The notes under the pieces: generated by a model | Database searches by the model: none | Told to the model about the DNA's origin: nothing | What the model saw: the letters and a program-made list of their open reading frames with translations, nothing else | Position numbers and translations under genes: made by a program | In this document: positions 61,495 to 64,000 of the stretch, one piece after another | Layout of the letters: every line of letters begins with the position of its first letter | Numbering within the stretch: the first letter of the stretch is position 1 | Assembly (NCBI GenBank): GCA_001802125.1 | Contig: MGZK01000130.1 | Coordinates: 243-64,242, forward strand | Source of the DNA: Geobacteraceae bacterium GWC2_55_20 | GTDB taxonomy: Bacteria > Desulfobacterota > Desulfuromonadia > Geobacterales > Pseudopelobacteraceae | Direction of reading: 5' to 3' | DNA length: 64,000 nt

Positions 61495-63351
61495 TTAGGC
61501 CTGGGTGTCGGTATGCGGCATCTCTGTCACTTCAGCCACTTTATCGGCGCAAGCTCCATCTGAAGCCATGATTTCATCAACCTCGGCGCCGCTCAGATTT
61601 TCTTTCTCGATCAGGCATATTGACAGTTTATGGAGATTCTTCAGATTATCGCGCAACAAAGTCAGGGCGCGGTCATAGGATTCATCCACTATGCGCTTGA
61701 TTTCGTCATCGATATTCTCGGCGGTCTTTTCGCTGAAGTTCTTGTGCATCGCCATTTCACGGCCCAGGAAGATCGACTCATCCTTTTTGCCGAACGAAAG
61801 CGGTCCCATCTTGTCGCTCATGCCCCATTCACAGACCATCTTGCGAGCCATCTCGGTGGCACGTTCGATGTCGTTGCCGGCACCAGTGGTAAAAGTATTG
61901 AAGATCAGATCCTCGGCCGCCCGGCCACCCATCAGTACGGCGATTCTGGCCAGCAGGGATTCGCGGGAATAGCTGTGCTTGTCTTCTATCGGAAGCTGCA
62001 TAGTAACACCCAGAGCACGACCGCGCGGTATGATGGAAACCTTGTGAACCGGGTCAGTGCCGGGCACCAGTTTGGCAACCAGCGTATGACCGGCCTCGTG
62101 GTAGGCGGTACTCTTCTTCTCCTCGTCGGAGATTACCATGCTGCGGCGTTCGGCGCCCATCAACACCTTGTCCTTGGCGCTGTCAAAATCGCTTCGATCG
62201 GCGACGGTCTTGTTCAAACGGGCAGCCAGCAGTGCGGCTTCATTGACCAGGTTAGCCAGATCGGCACCTGAAAAACCGGGGGTGCCTCGAGCAATCACGG
62301 CCAGATCGACATTTTCCGAAAGCGGCACCTTCTTGGAGTGGACCTTGAGAATCATTTCGCGGCCCTTGACATCCGGACGCGGCACGACAACCTGACGGTC
62401 GAAACGACCAGGGCGGAGCAGAGCCGGATCAAGGACATCGGGGCGGTTGGTGGCGGCGATGAGAATTACGCCCTCGTTGGACTCGAAACCATCCATCTCC
62501 ACCAGCAGCTGGTTGAGGGTCTGTTCTCGTTCATCATGCCCTCCCCCCATGCCTGCTCCGCGATGGCGTCCCACCGCATCGATCTCGTCAATGAAGATGA
62601 TGCAGGGCGCGCTCTTCTTGCCCTGGAGAAACAGGTCACGCACCCGGCTGGCGCCGACGCCGACAAACATCTCGACGAAGTCGGATCCGGAAATCGAATA
62701 GAAAGGAACTCCGGCCTCACCGGCAACCGCACGCGCCAGCAAGGTCTTGCCGGTACCAGGAGGGCCTACCAGCAGCACTCCTTTGGGAATTTTTCCGCCC
62801 AGCGCGGTGAATTTTTTAGGTTCTTTCAGAAAAGCGATGATCTCTTCCAGCTCTTCCTTGGCCTCCTCGATACCGGCAACATCCTCAAAGGTAATCTTGC
62901 CCTGGGTTTCGGTCAGAAGCTTGGCTCGGCTCTTGCCGAACGACATGGCCTTGCCGCCCCCCATCTGCATCTGGCGCATGAAGAAGATCCACACCCCGAC
63001 CAGCAGAATCAACGGGAACCAGGAAATGAAGATCGAGAACCAGGAAAACTTTTCCTCTTCAGGTTTGGCGTTGATCGTGACTTTCTTTTCCAGCAGTTTT
63101 TTGGTCAGATCGGCATCCGAGTAAGGCTTGTAGGTACGAAACTCCTTGCCGTCCTTACCATCGAACTTGCCGGAAATATCGTTGCCCTGTATGACTACCG
63201 CGGTAATCTTGCCGGATTCGATGTTAGACATGAAATCGCTGAAATTGATCTTTTCGGCGGTTGGCCGCGGTTTGTTGAACATGTTGAAAAGCAGGATCAT
63301 CATCAGGCTGATTACCAGCCAAAGTGAAAGATTCTTGTAGAATTGATTCAA
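61495..63351 (-). CDS. ftsH: ATP-dependent zinc metalloprotease FtsH
   Basis: It has two TM segments and a Walker A GPPGTGKT. It also has IIFIDEIDA, the SRH region, and the zinc motif HEAGH. Confidence 0.97.
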   Translation of the reverse strand: MNQFYKNLSLWLVISLMMILLFNMFNKPRPTAEKINFSDFMSNIESGKITAVVIQGNDISGKFDGKDGKEFRTYKPYSDADLTKKLLEKKVTINAKPEEEKFSWFSIFISWFPLILLVGVWIFFMRQMQMGGGKAMSFGKSRAKLLTETQGKITFEDVAGIEEAKEELEEIIAFLKEPKKFTALGGKIPKGVLLVGPPGTGKTLLARAVAGEAGVPFYSISGSDFVEMFVGVGASRVRDLFLQGKKSAPCIIFIDEIDAVGRHRGAGMGGGHDEREQTLNQLLVEMDGFESNEGVILIAATNRPDVLDPALLRPGRFDRQVVVPRPDVKGREMILKVHSKKVPLSENVDLAVIARGTPGFSGADLANLVNEAALLAARLNKTVADRSDFDSAKDKVLMGAERRSMVISDEEKKSTAYHEAGHTLVAKLVPGTDPVHKVSIIPRGRALGVTMQLPIEDKHSYSRESLLARIAVLMGGRAAEDLIFNTFTTGAGNDIERATEMARKMVCEWGMSDKMGPLSFGKKDESIFLGREMAMHKNFSEKTAENIDDEIKRIVDESYDRALTLLRDNLKNLHKLSICLIEKENLSGAEVDEIMASDGACADKVAEVTEMPHTDTQA

Positions 63352-63575
63352 GGCAAACCCCCGTTTGATTAAGCAGTGTGTGGCGTTAAAAATTTTGTAA
63401 AACTAGCATAGGACGGTCAGGTTGACAAGAGCAAACGGATGGCGGCTTCTACAAAATCAAGGATGTTATGGTACCAGTGTCATCCGCTGCAGGCTGTTTA
63501 TTCATCACGGCAACCGCAAAATATTAATAATCATATATAAAGGAGCATCTTAGAGTCTGCGGGATACCACCACAA

Positions 63576-63611
63576 GCAGAAACCGCCCTAAAACTTCGGG
63601 ACGGTTTCTGC
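63576..63611 (-). terminator. Strong hairpin after the edge-truncated surface-protein gene
   Basis: GCAGAAACCG-N16-CGGTTTCTGC forms a 10-bp perfect stem. The downstream T tract on the minus strand is weak (TTGTGGTGG). Confidence 0.45.
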
Positions 63612-63661
63612 ACTCCTCACGGAATACGGTTATTAGAGATTGCTAGAAACAAGTCATCAGA

Positions 63662-64000
63662 TCACTTTACAGCCAACCCTTCCACAGTCAGGCTACCTGT
63701 ACCTATGGTCAGTATCCCCTTCAGCACGGTAGGCATCCCGCTCTTGCCGCTGTAATCGGCTTTATAGCCACCCTTCAGCGTGATGGACTTGTAGCTGTTC
63801 ATATTCAAATTTTCTGTCAGTTCAGCGTCCAGTACAAGGAGAGTCGATCCGCTGACTTCGGCACCGATGTAGGCCAGGTTCAGGGATGTGTAACCGGTAG
63901 TTCCGATCATCGCTTTTGGCGCCAGGTTAAAGGTGGCGATCACCGTCTTGTCAGCTGATATTACTGTAAAACATGTGCTTTGACCACTGCATGCACCGGA
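63662..64000 (-). CDS. C-terminal 112 codons of a surface/secreted protein (InlB-B-repeat-like segment + conserved C-terminal module). The 5' end is off the right edge.
   Basis: The track ORF starts at an internal GTG (63943). My translation shows the frame stays open to position 64000: SGACSGQSTCFTVISADKTVIATFNL.... The C-terminus is ITLKGGYKADYSGKSGMPTVLKGILTIGTGSLTVEGLAVK. Confidence 0.6.
   Translation of the reverse strand, partial: SGACSGQSTCFTVISADKTVIATFNLAPKAMIGTTGYTSLNLAYIGAEVSGSTLLVLDAELTENLNMNSYKSITLKGGYKADYSGKSGMPTVLKGILTIGTGSLTVEGLAVK

Noticed and set aside
62338-63327. 329-aa plus-strand ORF
   Set aside because: It is antisense to ftsH, one of the most recognisable genes in the window.

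Overview
The window is a 64-kb chromosomal segment that looks deltaproteobacterial. The gene order kdsA-kdsD-kdsC-lptC-lptA-lptB-rpoN-hpf-hprK-rapZ-EIIA(Man)-ptsH-ptsI is the arrangement I remember from Geobacter and Desulfuromonadales; the taxon is inference only. About 85% of the genes are on the minus strand. Most are housekeeping: the rpoN/LPS/PTS-regulatory cluster, fur-feoB, sppA, pssA-psd, ilvDBNC, lysC, tsaE, nnr, acpS, pdxJ, glmM, cdaA, folP and ftsH. Several accessory islands sit among them. (1) At the left edge is a pilus-related block: pilD, a PilS/PilR-like two-component pair, then a near-consensus sigma-54 promoter driving a DsbC-like protein, a small secreted protein and a large PilY1-like protein with a PA14-like insert. 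The PilY1-like ORF is truncated by the window edge and is absent from the ORF track. (2) At 22.5-24 kb there is a decayed toxin-antitoxin patch: an RHH antitoxin, a truncated PIN toxin fused to a frameshifted 3' fragment of a surface-protein gene, then an intact VapBC pair. (3) At 33.5-38.7 kb lie an SRAP peptidase, a DUF1456/YehS-like protein, a short type IA topoisomerase, a membrane protein and a rhomboid protease. (4) At 41.2-44.6 kb is a tightly coupled three-gene operon: a Zn-ribbon protein, a compact MoxR/CbbQ-like AAA+ ATPase and a 653-aa YehM/DUF5682-like protein. It has no assigned function and is my best candidate for an undescribed system. (5) At 48.2-49.2 kb is an ORF-poor stretch that looks lower in GC by eye. 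(6) A PEP-CTERM protein sits behind a near-consensus sigma-54 promoter. I found no rRNA, tRNA, CRISPR array, IS element or integrase. All protein family calls come from motif recognition by eye and need HMM or BLAST confirmation.
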